From Dicyema japonicum (lineage: Eukaryota > Animalia > Dicyemida), in the NCBI GenBank assembly GCA_011109175.1, contig RDEW01000007.1, positions 1,560,236-1,624,235 on the forward strand: DNA of 64,000 nucleotides, given 5' to 3'. Both the position numbers and the translations under genes were made by a program. The notes under the pieces were generated by a model. It saw only the letters and a list, made by a program, of their open reading frames with translations. It was not told where the DNA came from and made no database searches. Below are positions 51,461 to 62,589 of the stretch, piece by piece; the first letter of the stretch is position 1; the number at the start of each line of letters is the position of its first letter.

Positions 51461-51807
51461 TCTCTAACTTTCGCCATTTTGCCGCGTGGCGCCATGTGGT
51501 GCTGCTTGGTTAATTGGTTTAAATTTTCTGTTTGCTTGTCTGTTCCTCCTCTCTCTTCCTAATAGAGTGGCGTCATGTGATCCACCTGTCTAGGTGACGC
51601 CCAGTGTCAGGCCGGCATGAAAAAGGATCATTTGCTCTTCCCCACTCTACTGGAGGGGTTTCCACAACTGCATGTAATGGAGGTTTTACCCTTTATGCTG
51701 ATTCCGGATGGACTCTGTTTCTGTAAAAGTGGAAACTGGATACACTTAATTAGTTGGTTACTTGAACTTCTTTCTCGGTGTATCCGGGGTTAATAAATAA
51801 ATAATAA
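51461..51807 (+). mobile_element. SINE family A, full-length, with 9-bp TSD (reference copy)
   Basis: Head gccgcgtggcgccatgtggtgct, core at 51569-51630, tail ctcggtgtatccggggttaataaataaataataa. TSD acagtagaa at 51452-51460 and 51808-51816. Confidence 0.88.
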
Positions 51808-51949
51808 ACAGTAGAACTTCTCAAATCCGGTGTTTTTCTAATCCACCGCCTCTTGAATCTGTCATTGCTATCGTTTCATTGCGACTACCAAGTGACAATT
51901 ATTTCATTGGTTATGACCTGAGATGGAGTTCTCTCTCAATGCTTCAAGA

Positions 51950-52250
51950 GTTATTATTATTACCCCAAGATCGCCGGGTTAAAAGGAAAGAAAGTTCCTA
52001 ACTAAATGATCCCAGACTAAAATGGTGGAGGTCCTATCCTAAGTTGACATGTTTGCTTGATGACTCCAGAAAAGATATGGAGCTATCTCCTATCTTTGGT
52101 GATTTTTGAGGTATTTGCTGATGGCTTTATCTAAAGGGGATGTATGGTTGAGTAGCTGCTTTCATCAACTTCTGTTGTTCTATCAAAACTGCCTTTAAAA
52201 ATTATACGGATGAGTTATCTTTAAATGAAGCAACGAGGACATACATCAAA
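51950..52250 (-). mobile_element. LINE 3' end (same family as 10235-10765)
   Basis: Minus strand gggatcatttagttag...acccggcgatcttggggtaataataataa. Confidence 0.6.
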
Positions 52251-52714
52251 GAGAAAAAAAAGAGGGGGTAACATACCCTAAATTAAGTATATGATCACTG
52301 ACTGACAAGGTAGAAGCCAACACCTGCAACTAAATCGTCGTTCGATTAGTGCCGTCGCCGAGTCGCGATTAGATGTGTGTAAAAGGCTTCAGTTGATCCA
52401 CCTGCCTCATGAGACGCCCAAAGCCTGGTCCGGCATCAAAAAATCTATTTTTTTCCTACTCTACCGGAAGGGATTCCTCAATGAAAGGATGCATCCTTCT
52501 CCAACCGGGGGAACTGGACAAAACCTGTTTAAGGTATATCCAGGGTTATTAAAATAAACATTTTGTCAATCCGTGTGGAATCTTAAGAAAGTACTCGACT
52601 AGCGTGTCGGCCCACATAAGAGATCGTAATACCATTTAGTATCTTTTTATATTTAAAGTCCAAGCCACAGACTCGTAAGCTACTCCACAATTTGATGTAC
52701 TAACGAAATGGCTG

Positions 52715-53250
52715 CAGGCGCCATGTGGTGCTATCTGGCTAATAATATTAATAGCCTTTTCACGAGAGCCATAATATTTATAGCTCCGCATAGGCAGGAC
52801 ACACACTTTATTTAAGTAAAGAACAGTAAATTTTAACTAATCGTAGAACCAAGGAATAATCTTCACTTCTTTTTTCTTGTGTGTGGGACCTTTCTAGACA
52901 ATCCAGTTCCGCAGTGAGTATCCACTGATGACGGAGTCACTCGTCAAACCCTTTTGGCATCGTAGATGCGTGGAACCTTCCACCAGGTGAACAGCAGCGA
53001 GAATCGAACCCGTAACCTAAGTCACTTTAGCCCGACACCTAACTACTATGCCACGGTGCTATCTGGCTAGTGTGTGAAAAATTATTTTCGCTCCCTTTGA
53101 TGACGTCATTGGATCCACCTTACTGAGGAAACGCCCAATGCCTGGCCGGCATCAAGAGGATCCACTACTCTTTCCCGAGGGACAATGTCGTTACCTGGAG
53201 ACAAGTTCTGGAACGCTGGAACTAGTCAAGATCAGAGTTTAGTTTTGTTT
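52715..53250 (+). mobile_element. SINE family D copy interrupted by a family E SINE
   Basis: Head gcgccatgtggtgctatctggcta at 52718-52741; resumes at 53070; core at 53102-53163. Confidence 0.8.
52742..53054 (-). mobile_element. SINE family E, full length: tRNA-like head, structured body, RTE-derived tail, 15-bp TSD
   Basis: Minus strand gtggcatagtagtt (A box)...gggttcgattctc (B box). Tail tataaatattatggctctcgtgaaa matches the RTE end at 7105-7150. TSD ggtgctatctggcta at 52727-52741 and 53055-53069. Confidence 0.88.
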
Positions 53251-53989
53251 TTTTTAATTATTTTAATTTAATTAAAATAATTTTAATTGTAAAAATTGTT
53301 AAATTAAAAAAAAAAAAAAAAAATTAATTAAAGAAAAAAATAACTTAAAAAATTTAAATGCTCATTGTCGGCGTGATTTCTTTAGATTCTATTCCTCATC
53401 TTTCTTAGATTTTTTTTCAAATTACTCCCACACGATTGAATTCGCGGTTTAAATATTTTTAAAAATGTTATACTTTAATATAACATCATTGATCAGCCAC
53501 AGAAAACTGCTGGCTTCCGTATGTACCGAAGTAGATTTGCGCATCTATCAATCTTCTCAAAGGAAGAACGGCGAAGATACAAGAGAGTAGTTGAAACCTA
53601 GGAGGAATACCGGAAGTTTCATTACCTGAGTCCTGGAGGATATCGGGATCACTTAATCAGTGATTGACTCAACTCATATGCTAGAAAGTAATTAACACCT
53701 TCTCTTTGCGTTCTTGGAGTTATTACTACTATGCACTCTCGAAAAGTCATAAATTAAGTTTTCCTTGTGCTACGTTCAGTATCCTACCACACATACCTTC
53801 CATGGTACCCCATGTAGTAATTTCCTATTTTGCTATTTTGTCTCCTATAGACAACATATGGATAGCTTGCATCGTTCCAGGTCTCGTGGGAGTTGAAGTT
53901 TTTTATACATAGGACTGAGTTCTCTGGCATTTAGGATGCCAAGGGCTGGTAGATATCAAACATTTATTTTTACTATTTATTTAAGACCA

Positions 53990-56040
53990 ATAATCACCGA
54001 TAAAATAAAAGAAAATGAATGGTCGTCAGATGATCCTGGTTTTTTTATCATCCGTTTATCTTTCAGTTGTCTCCCGAGAACCGATGCACTTCCTGTACGT
54101 ACGGGAGGCTTCACTGGATTTCGGAGATGGCAATCGGTTCCTCTGTCTGTGCCCCATGCCGCACAGCAGTAGTTGATTGTCGGCTGTATGTATTGCGCAT
54201 AAAGGTGACTTAGTGTTTAGTAAAAAGTAGTATCCAAGAAATATTTTTTACAAAATTTAGTTTTCGTTGGAGAGGAAACATCGTTGCTGACATGTTTGTT
54301 GAAAATCATAAGGGGGTCGTATGTGATCCCCAGTATTTTGGTAGAATTAGTGGAGGGGATTGACATTCCGTTAAGGGTAAAAAACAGAACAGCTCAGGTT
54401 GTCGAGTATTCTGTGTGAATGCACTGGTCTCTTGTTGCAGGAGTATGTCGTCAGCACAAGCGAGGATCAAAGTGTTGTTGCTGCTATGGGAAGGTATATC
54501 GCTCATAAAGAGGTTGAAGAGAATGGGCGACAGTGGATCCCCGTGGGACTCTCATTTGGTAAAATGTAGCGACAGAAAATGTGAAATTACTCTTTCTCTT
54601 TGTCCATTGAGAAAGTTTGCAAGCTAAATTTTCAAATCGTTTGGAATGTTAAGCCAAAAATCCAAAAATCTTCATAGTAGTAATATAAGAGATATTGATC
54701 TAAAGAGGCCAGTGGGTCCTTCGGTCGTCCTGGTTTTAAAATTGGTAGTATGTCAGATAATTTCCATAGGGTTGGAATGGAGTTCCTGCTGATGGAGAAG
54801 TTGAAAATTCGAGTGAGGACCATGATAGCATAAGGGCCTATCTTCTTATACTATTGTAGGGATTCCATCTAGACCGCTGGAGTCAGACGATTTTTGGTTT
54901 CGAATCGTCTTCCACACGTCATCCATAGAAAGATTGTGTGGTTTGATTGAAGAAATGGAAGGACCCTCAATTTTCTGGCGAGGGATAAAACTCACGGAAG
55001 AATGAACCATCATGATCTTGTTTAAAAAGTTCCTGTTCTTCAAGTCTTCGGAATGAGACGTCCTCACAGAGTCGGTGAAGCCGCGAATTCCACATCATCG
55101 TGAGGGAGGACTCTTTGTTTAGGGTGGACAAAAGGTTATTCCAGGACCTTACCTGTTTCATCTTGGCCTTGTTTTTTTGATCTCTCCCCAAGACACGAAC
55201 CCTCACCCTGGTTTCCCAAGATTGAATCTACACCTTTTAAGAAAATTCTTTCCTTCTTAAATGAATCGGTTACGCGGAAAGCCTCTTCGTGGCTTCCTTT
55301 TGATAAAAGTCGTCATACCCTCACGCACTAGACAATTGAAGTAGTATAATGCGTTATCGAGGGGGTTGAACTTGTTTGTGTCAAAACCATTTAAGTTGTA
55401 GTAGACTAAGTATGAAAAAAATTTCCAGTCGATGTTTTTGTAGTCTGGGGGTAAGATAGGCTTTCATTCGAAGGACACTTCCTTCGAAAGTAATGGGAAG
55501 GGAGTTATGGTCACTGGCAGTGTCGTATAACACTCACCAATTGGTTAGAGAGGCGAGCGTGAGATCAAGGGAGGACGTCCTGTCATTTGCTCTGTAAGGA
55601 GTCCTTGTATTGAATATAGGGTTGTTTAATATCCCAAGATTATTCAGCTTCGATAGAAATTGGATTCCCCTGGCGTCTTTCGGCTGGTTTTTGAACCACA
55701 TCGGATGCTTTGCGTTCAGGTCTCCACATAACAACAGGTTATTGGTATGGTCGACATCTGGCAGTGAAAAACTGAATCTTTTGAGCAGGAACTGGGAGGG
55801 GATACATACATGTTCAATTTGGTGAGGAATCTAATTTTTGTTGAGATTGTGATGCATTCAACGGGAGAGGGAAGGTGGATATGTACTTTTTCCGTGAAAG
55901 AGATGTCCTTCTTGATTAGTGTAATGACTCTACAACCACGGCACGTCGAATAATGTTGTAGCCTGGGAAGGCTCTGGAGGAAGAAAGTATTGTTTCTCGA
56001 AGTAGACAAAAGTCACTTGTGCAAGAGAGACACGCCACCA
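53990..56040 (-). mobile_element. Long degenerate LINE ORF2 (APE endonuclease + RT)
   Basis: LCGDLNAKHPMW...TSSLDLTL (APE), SSGLDGIP, IPTLWKLSDILPILKPG, SPLLFNL..ADD, YAQYIQPTINYCCAAWG; many frameshifts. Confidence 0.9.
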
Positions 56041-56089
56041 CCTCAAATAAAAAAAGTTAATTAGAAGAATTAAAATTATTCCTAAGATC

Positions 56090-56320
56090 AAGGGTAAGCA
56101 AACTAACTAATTCCTTGATCCTGACTAGTTCCAGCGTTCCAGATCTTGTCTCCAGGTAACGATATTGTCCCCCGGGGAAAGAATAGTTAGATCCTCTTGA
56201 TGCCGGCCAGGCATTGGAAGTCACCTCAGTAAGGTGGATCCAATGACGTTATTGGAGGGAAGGTAAATAATTTTTGACCAACTATCAACATAGCACCACA
56301 TGGCGCCACGCGACCACTAA
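56090..56320 (-). mobile_element. SINE family D copy
   Basis: Minus strand gtcgcgtggcgccatgtggtgct head, core at 56189-56250, tail caggatcaaggaattagttagtttg. Confidence 0.82.
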
Positions 56321-56408
56321 AAAAATAAAATAAATAAAAAAAGACATAATAAATAAAAATTGATTTTCTTTTGCAAACTGAGTTTAGTATTATTAGTTTT
56401 AAATAATT

Positions 56409-57044
56409 TTAACAGCAAGATTTTCGAAAATTTTTTATCTTTAAAGTTAATGGATCTCCTTTGTTATCGAACTTTTCATTAGTCGAGGATATTTTTTCAA
56501 ATTCAGTTACTTTGATTAATATTGGATATTACAAATTTGATGAAACACGTTTTCAATGTTTACTCCATTTTTATACGAGGTTTCTGTGAAAATCAAAGAG
56601 TTTTCCTTCGCAAACTGATTTACCTCCTCAAAATCAACGACTCTGTCTTCCAAATCAGACTTGTTCCCCACCAAAGCTAAAATAGGGTTTTTAATTTCCC
56701 GCTTAACCCACTCTAACAACCATTGGATATGTGTAATAGACATTTCTTTAGTGATGTCATACACGAAGATTGCAGCATTTGCTCCTCTCCAATATATTGG
56801 AAGCATACAACGATACTTTTCTTGGCCTGCAGTGTCCCATATGTTTATCTTGATCACATTTCCATTTTTTGTGATAATTTTCTGATAAAACTCGGCTAAG
56901 ATAAATGCTACTACCACCTCCTATAGTTGGCGTTGTCTCATAGACGTGAAATTTGTGGACATAATATCTCACTATAGATGTCTTCCCAACCCCTGATTCT
57001 CCCAGCATCACAATCTTAAGACTTTTCACGTTTTGTTGAGTCAT
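56409..57044 (-). CDS. Rab-family small GTPase (Rab5/22-group-like, divergent), two introns
   Basis: GESGVGKTS, TIG/AEF, IWDTAGQEKY, GNKSDL and ETSYK. Splicing gtaatatccaatattaatcaaag restores a C-terminal ...RKSCC* prenylation motif. Confidence 0.9.
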
Positions 57045-58409
57045 TGCTATCAAATATTTTACAAATAACAATTTTCGTAGGCTTTATCTCAGATTAAGTT
57101 TCGGTGGTTCCACAATCAGTCCTAGATAACATCGCAGATGCGAAATCCGACCTATAATGCGACATGTCAACAGTCTGTATTGCTACATTAACTACTACCT
57201 CTACATGCAACTTCCGGCAGATGATCTCCCAAGTTTTTTTTTCAATTTTTTAAAACGGAATTTTGACTTGACAATTTCCTTCGTTTTTTTGAGAACTGTG
57301 GGTTTCTGAGTTCACCCGAGTCTATCACCTCGTTTATAGTCACGGAAAGAAAGAAGAAAGGGGTTTTCGTCCACCATGAAGGGATTAGACATTCTGTAGA
57401 TAGAGGTACGTCACCACCTTACTCTTCCTATTCCAAAGACCAAGGGTGAAACCAAACTAACTAATCCCGTGATCCCGACGCATTCCAGTAGAACATTTAT
57501 CCATCACATAAATCCAGAGCACATTGTCGGGGAAACTGAGGTCGATTCCACAGGGAACAAAATGCTTTCCGGGTGGAATGAATATCATTATTTTAGCAAA
57601 TAAACTGGTAAAGATTATTAACTCCGCCAGTTGTCTTAATTCATGGCCTAAAACACTGAAAAGGAAGTTAAAACCACCGACAAACTAGACCCTACGACAT
57701 TACTGGCTAACGATAGAAGACGGTGGAAGAGACACAACATGTCATGTGCTGTTAAATCACTGCGAGGTTTTTATTAAGCACGATGACGTATACCGTGGTT
57801 CCTATAGCTCCTTGTGTACAGTCTAAGACATAATTTTAAATGTCAGCCTCCTCCACGTTTCTCGATTGTCAACCAGTCATCACATAAAGTTCAGGACATT
57901 ACGATTCCTTAAGACCTTTCTTCAAGACTTTTAATTGAGTTTAAATAAATTTTCGCGCTATCACAAATTTTAACGTAAACACATTTTTTGTCTCCTTAAA
58001 TTAGTAGTGAACATGTTAACAATTTATATCCAAAATGGCATATTTATGGAAACAAATGGGATTCAATTGATTCTTGGATTATGATGACGTCCTCTCCTCA
58101 AGAGATCAGGACACTAGCATCAAGGTTCCGTGGTTCAGATTCTCTTCTTAAGAGATAGGACATCCACGTCAAGGTTCCCATTAACGTTTAGTTTTTAAAT
58201 GATTAAAGAAAATGGACTTGAATTCTTTCAACATCCCTAGAAAATGAGAAGAACAGAAATTGTAAAGTCACTGCTGTGGGTGGAATTGCTAGAAAGGGAG
58301 AGAGCAAATGGTTCTTTTTGGCTTCATTTGATACCAAGATCATCAGGAGAACCAATTCAAGTTAGCAAAATAAGAATACACTGTTTATTTAAAAATATAT
58401 CGGATGTTA

Positions 58410-59625
58410 TCAAATTTGCCTTAAAAAATTATTCATTTCTTGAATAATTTCACAAATTTTATCGAACACATCAGGATCAGTAGGAGTGAGTTCTTCCATA
58501 CGTCTGATTAATTCTTGAAGTCTAATTCTAATTTCAGCTAATCGTTCGCTGCAGTCGCACTTGTTTACACCAGCTTGTTCAGAAGTATTATTTAAATTAA
58601 TTGGATTCCTCATTAGAGCATTAAAACTTTCATACAAGTGTTGATATGACTGATATTGATATGCTTGTCTCATGGCAAATTGCCGATCACTTGCAGGTTG
58701 ATAATTTTGGGTAAAGGACAAATTTCCTTGGTTGTTGATCTGAGCCATCATGCAATATAAAAAATAAAAAGTATTGGCCATCATAGGATCAGTAACTCCA
58801 GGCATGAGATTGGGCATCGTCTGATGAATTCCTGGATGCATTGTCGCAGACGGCTGTGACTGAGATCTTTGAGGAACCGTATTCGCGTATGGAGTCGATG
58901 CAGGATGTTGTTCACCTTTGACGGAATTATCGATCTCTTTCATTTTGATGAGTTGATTTTCATTCGTAATTATTTCATCGTTGATAATTGGGGCAATAAT
59001 CTAAAATAATATATATTTTTACAATTTCAGTATTTTTTTCAGAAATGGGTTTTAGTTTGACTCTCAAATCACAATCCAAGTTGTAGTATTCATCAATGTT
59101 TCCATCGTGTCGGGATTTTATATGTGTTTTTAAAGTACTCCCTTGACTAGCTCTATGACCACAAGCACCGCAGTAGTATGGCTTTTCTCCTAAAAATGAA
59201 TTAATCATTCAAAATTGGAAAATATATAAATAACGGCAATTACCTGTGTGTGTCCTCATATGAACATAAAGATTACTGTAATGGGCCGTTTTGTATCTGC
59301 AAAAAGTGCAAACAAAATGTTTCTTTTCATTTTTTGTAGAGGAAGTCTCTTCAGGGGGGTTTTCGAATGTAAATATGCGAAGGTTCTAGTAATACATAAT
59401 TGTTACCTCTTCTGTTCGTGGGGATGCCTCAGGGTCATCAGTTTTGGGCGAAAATTCAGGTTCATCAACCTTCAATGACGTTTCATTTTGATCAAAGTTA
59501 TTTTCGTTCGATAAACGTATTCTCTTGGCACTTTGAACTTTCGGAAGTTTTACGGTATCTTCCACTTCATCTGATATGTGTGATTTTTCAGATTCCCCTG
59601 AGGAGTCACAATCCGAGTCGTTCAT
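58410..59625 (-). CDS. C2H2 zinc-finger transcription factor (two fingers, acidic N-terminus, Q/N-rich C-terminus), multi-exon
   Basis: [52 protein letters not shown] across tiny introns; ORF 58410-58943 is Q/N/M-rich. Confidence 0.85.
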
Positions 59626-59940
59626 TTTCCTACAGCATAATTACCATCATTCATTATAATTAAAAATTTGTTAAAATGTAATTTTTCACAGAATTAATAA
59701 TTTTAAAGTACTTGGAGTATCAAGCGTCAGCTCAGATTAATGCCACCAGTAATAAACTTACAAGGTCACTAACTATAAAATAGTGATAAGAATAATCTCA
59801 CAGGTGTTTGACAAAATTTAACACTAAAAGGATGAACAGCACGATAAAAGTATATATAAACTAAATAGCATTATTGTAAGGGTATATGATGTCACAATAA
59901 GATAACTTATAAGCACATATGATATTGATTATATTATCAA

Positions 59941-60175
59941 CATACAAGTATGGGAGTTGGGGTAAGTCGAGGCAGGAGAGGGGGATAAACATGTGCATAT
60001 TTACTAGTAGGGAAAACATAGAAATTATGGGAGTTGGGGTAGGATAGGGCATGAAAGGGGGATAAATAAATATATATTTTAATACTAGGAAAACATAAAT
60101 TATGGGAGTTGGGGTAGGTTAGGGGAGGAAAGGGGGGATAAACAAATATATATTTTAATACTAGGAAAACATACA
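59941..60175 (+). repeat. G-rich minisatellite, three units of ~75-77 bp
   Basis: tatgggagttggggta...agggggataaa...tactag..gaaaacata starts at 59949, 60026 and 60101. Confidence 0.9.
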
Positions 60176-61289
60176 AATACTTGCCTTATATCGGTAAATA
60201 CGATCTTAATTGCATAAATACCGACTAAAGTTCACCATACGGGACTAACGATTACAATAAATTTATTTATAAAGAAACCGATCCAATCAGAAGACTTATT
60301 CCGTGATAAAAGACACGTAAAAGCAATAAAAAAATATTTTGCAAGTAGAATGGTTGTATAATTAATATTGATGGAATTTAATTTTTGCATTCATTTATTG
60401 TGTCCAATAGATTTTGACGCATTGGTGAAAAATCAATCAATGTTGAAAAGAAATAATAATCTGACCGCATACTTTAACAAATTTATTGTTTAAATGACAT
60501 TTAAATGTTTTCAATATTAATAAAATTTCCTCCCATATTTTCTACAATTCCTCATTCGGGTCAGCTATGATTTAAGGGGCACCAAGGATCCACGTGAGGC
60601 TGGATGGCTTCGAGGACGTGATAGCTATCGTCCGCGGAAACAGCACGGCCATACAAGCTCCCTATTAAATATTAATAAAGTTTTTTATTCCTCATTACTA
60701 TTCCCTCATTCTCTATTTTATTAATCTGATATAAAGTAGATCATTAATCGATTAAAATTATATTCGAATGTACATTTCGTGCAAATATTCGCGTAACACT
60801 ATTCGACTAATTTATATTAGCTAATTAGATCTACCTGACTCAGGTTCCTGGCTGGTACCCGGAAAGGATCCTCCTCTTCCTTACTTTAATGGAGGGGTTC
60901 CCACTATAGCGGATATGGATGGACCACCGTTACCAAGCTACGATCTGTAAAAAAAGCTTTTTGAATGAGAACATGAGAAAACCACAAATGTCGGTCTCTA
61001 GTTTTTTATATAAATTTAGTTTTTGGTTATCTGCTTTGACCAACTCCCAAAAAGAATCAAGCAATTTATCTATAAAATTGTGGGTAGGTGTGTGTCTACT
61101 AGCAAATGAATATTGATTTTCAAGACAAGGCAATTTTTGTACGTGAAAATGAGCTTAAAACATGGGATCAAAATTAAATAAAAATTAGGAAACTTGGGGA
61201 TCATAATTTCTCAAAAATAAATTAAAAATGAAATTTTGGAATTAATTTAATTCATTAACCTGATACACCAAGAAAAAAGTTAAAAATAA

Positions 61290-61445
61290 ATCTAATTGAG
61301 TGTATCCAGTTTCCACTGCTAGAGTCCATCCAGAACCCACCATAAAAGACGTCAATTACTTGCAGTTGTGGAAACCCCTCCAGTAGAGTAAGGGAAAACA
61401 AATGATCTTTTCGTGCCAGTCTGGGTGCCTCCTTAGACAGGTGAA
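61290..61445 (-). mobile_element. SINE family A fragment (others at ~18640-18705 +, ~52380-52560 +, ~58280-58350 -, ~60830-60910 +)
   Basis: gtgtatccagtttccact...gcagttgtggaaacccctccagtagag...caaatgatcttttcgtgcc. Confidence 0.78.
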
Positions 61446-61609
61446 TTGAAAATTGAGAACACTGTTATTCAGTTAGAAGAGCCAAAAATTCCCAAAATAT
61501 AGTATTTTCATAAATTAAATAAATATATTTTTGAATTGACTAAATAGAAAATATTTTTATTATACACTACAATATGGAATTTTACATTAAATAGCGGTAA
61601 TCTTCACCA

Positions 61610-61870
61610 GTGAATTTGGCCAGGGAGATGGTAGGAATGCAATTAAGTGATGTCAGCGACGGTAGGACGTGCGATGAAAATGGAAGAAGGAGGACCTACT
61701 TCTTCACCTCTCTTCGAAAGCGGAAGCCTGTAATGGACTATTGGAGGATGGATTCGGTCGGCACAAGCAGAGGTTCTCCCTTGGGTTCCTTCCTTGGATT
61801 AATTAGTTGTGACTGTTTGTGTTCGGCTTACCAAAGACTGTAAGACTGAGTTTAATAAATAAATTAATTA
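61610..61870 (+). mobile_element. SINE family B copy
   Basis: aagtgatgtcagcgacggtaggacgtg...cttaccaaagactgtaagactgagtttaataaataaa. Confidence 0.8.
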
Positions 61871-61979
61871 AATAGCGAAAAGCTTGGATGTGTGGGATCT
61901 CGAGAGGAATACCGAGAGATGATGAGAAAGCTACTGAGAGTGTCTAAAATCTCCAAACTACAACTTAATATAATGGTGC

Positions 61980-62270
61980 TTATTGGTCTCCAAAAATAGT
62001 AAAATTGCGATACTTCAAGGCAAATTCCTACAAGGATCTCTGTTATTCAACCTATACCTTAATGACCTTCGCACTCCAGATGATCCAAACACTATTTTTT
62101 CTCACATTGACGACCTTATAGTTGTAGTGAGACATCGAAGAGCTAAAAAGGAAATACGAATCATACAAGAGACACTGGACCTGGTGAGTCTTTAGTCCTC
62201 AAAAATCTGCCTAAAAACCTCGCCAGAAAAATCACATGTAACGACATTCAGGATAACACCAAAAGTCAAC
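61980..62270 (+). mobile_element. LINE RT fragment
   Basis: QGSLLFNLYLNDL...SHIDDLIVV...SPEKS. Confidence 0.7.
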
Positions 62271-62589
62271 TTCAAACATCAAGTGAACCTACTAGTTTCA
62301 AGGATCCGAAAAAAGGCAGAAATAATGAATAACTTAATTTTTTACGAAAGAAAATAAACTCTGAAATTGTTGATTTTTTTTAACTTATGAGAAAAACAAT
62401 TGATCGACTTCATTTTGCTTGCGTCGCTATATTTAGTTTATCGCATGCATAATTTTTTAACTAAAACTATGACGGATATTCATGCAAATCTGGATAATTA
62501 TCGTATTAGTCAGATAATTTTTGATGATTAATTTTATGATTTTATAATTTTTTATTTTATTCGATGACTAATAATTTTGGTATTTTACT

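Noticed and set aside
52920-52960. CTGATGA followed by a hairpin, a possible hammerhead ribozyme in family E
   Set aside because: No GAAA follows stem II (TCAAAC instead), the motif is on the antisense strand of the SINE, and it is not conserved in other copies (ctgataa at ~11700).
53000-53054. tRNA gene
   Set aside because: It has A and B boxes but no complete acceptor stem or cloverleaf, and it is the head of a TSD-flanked SINE.
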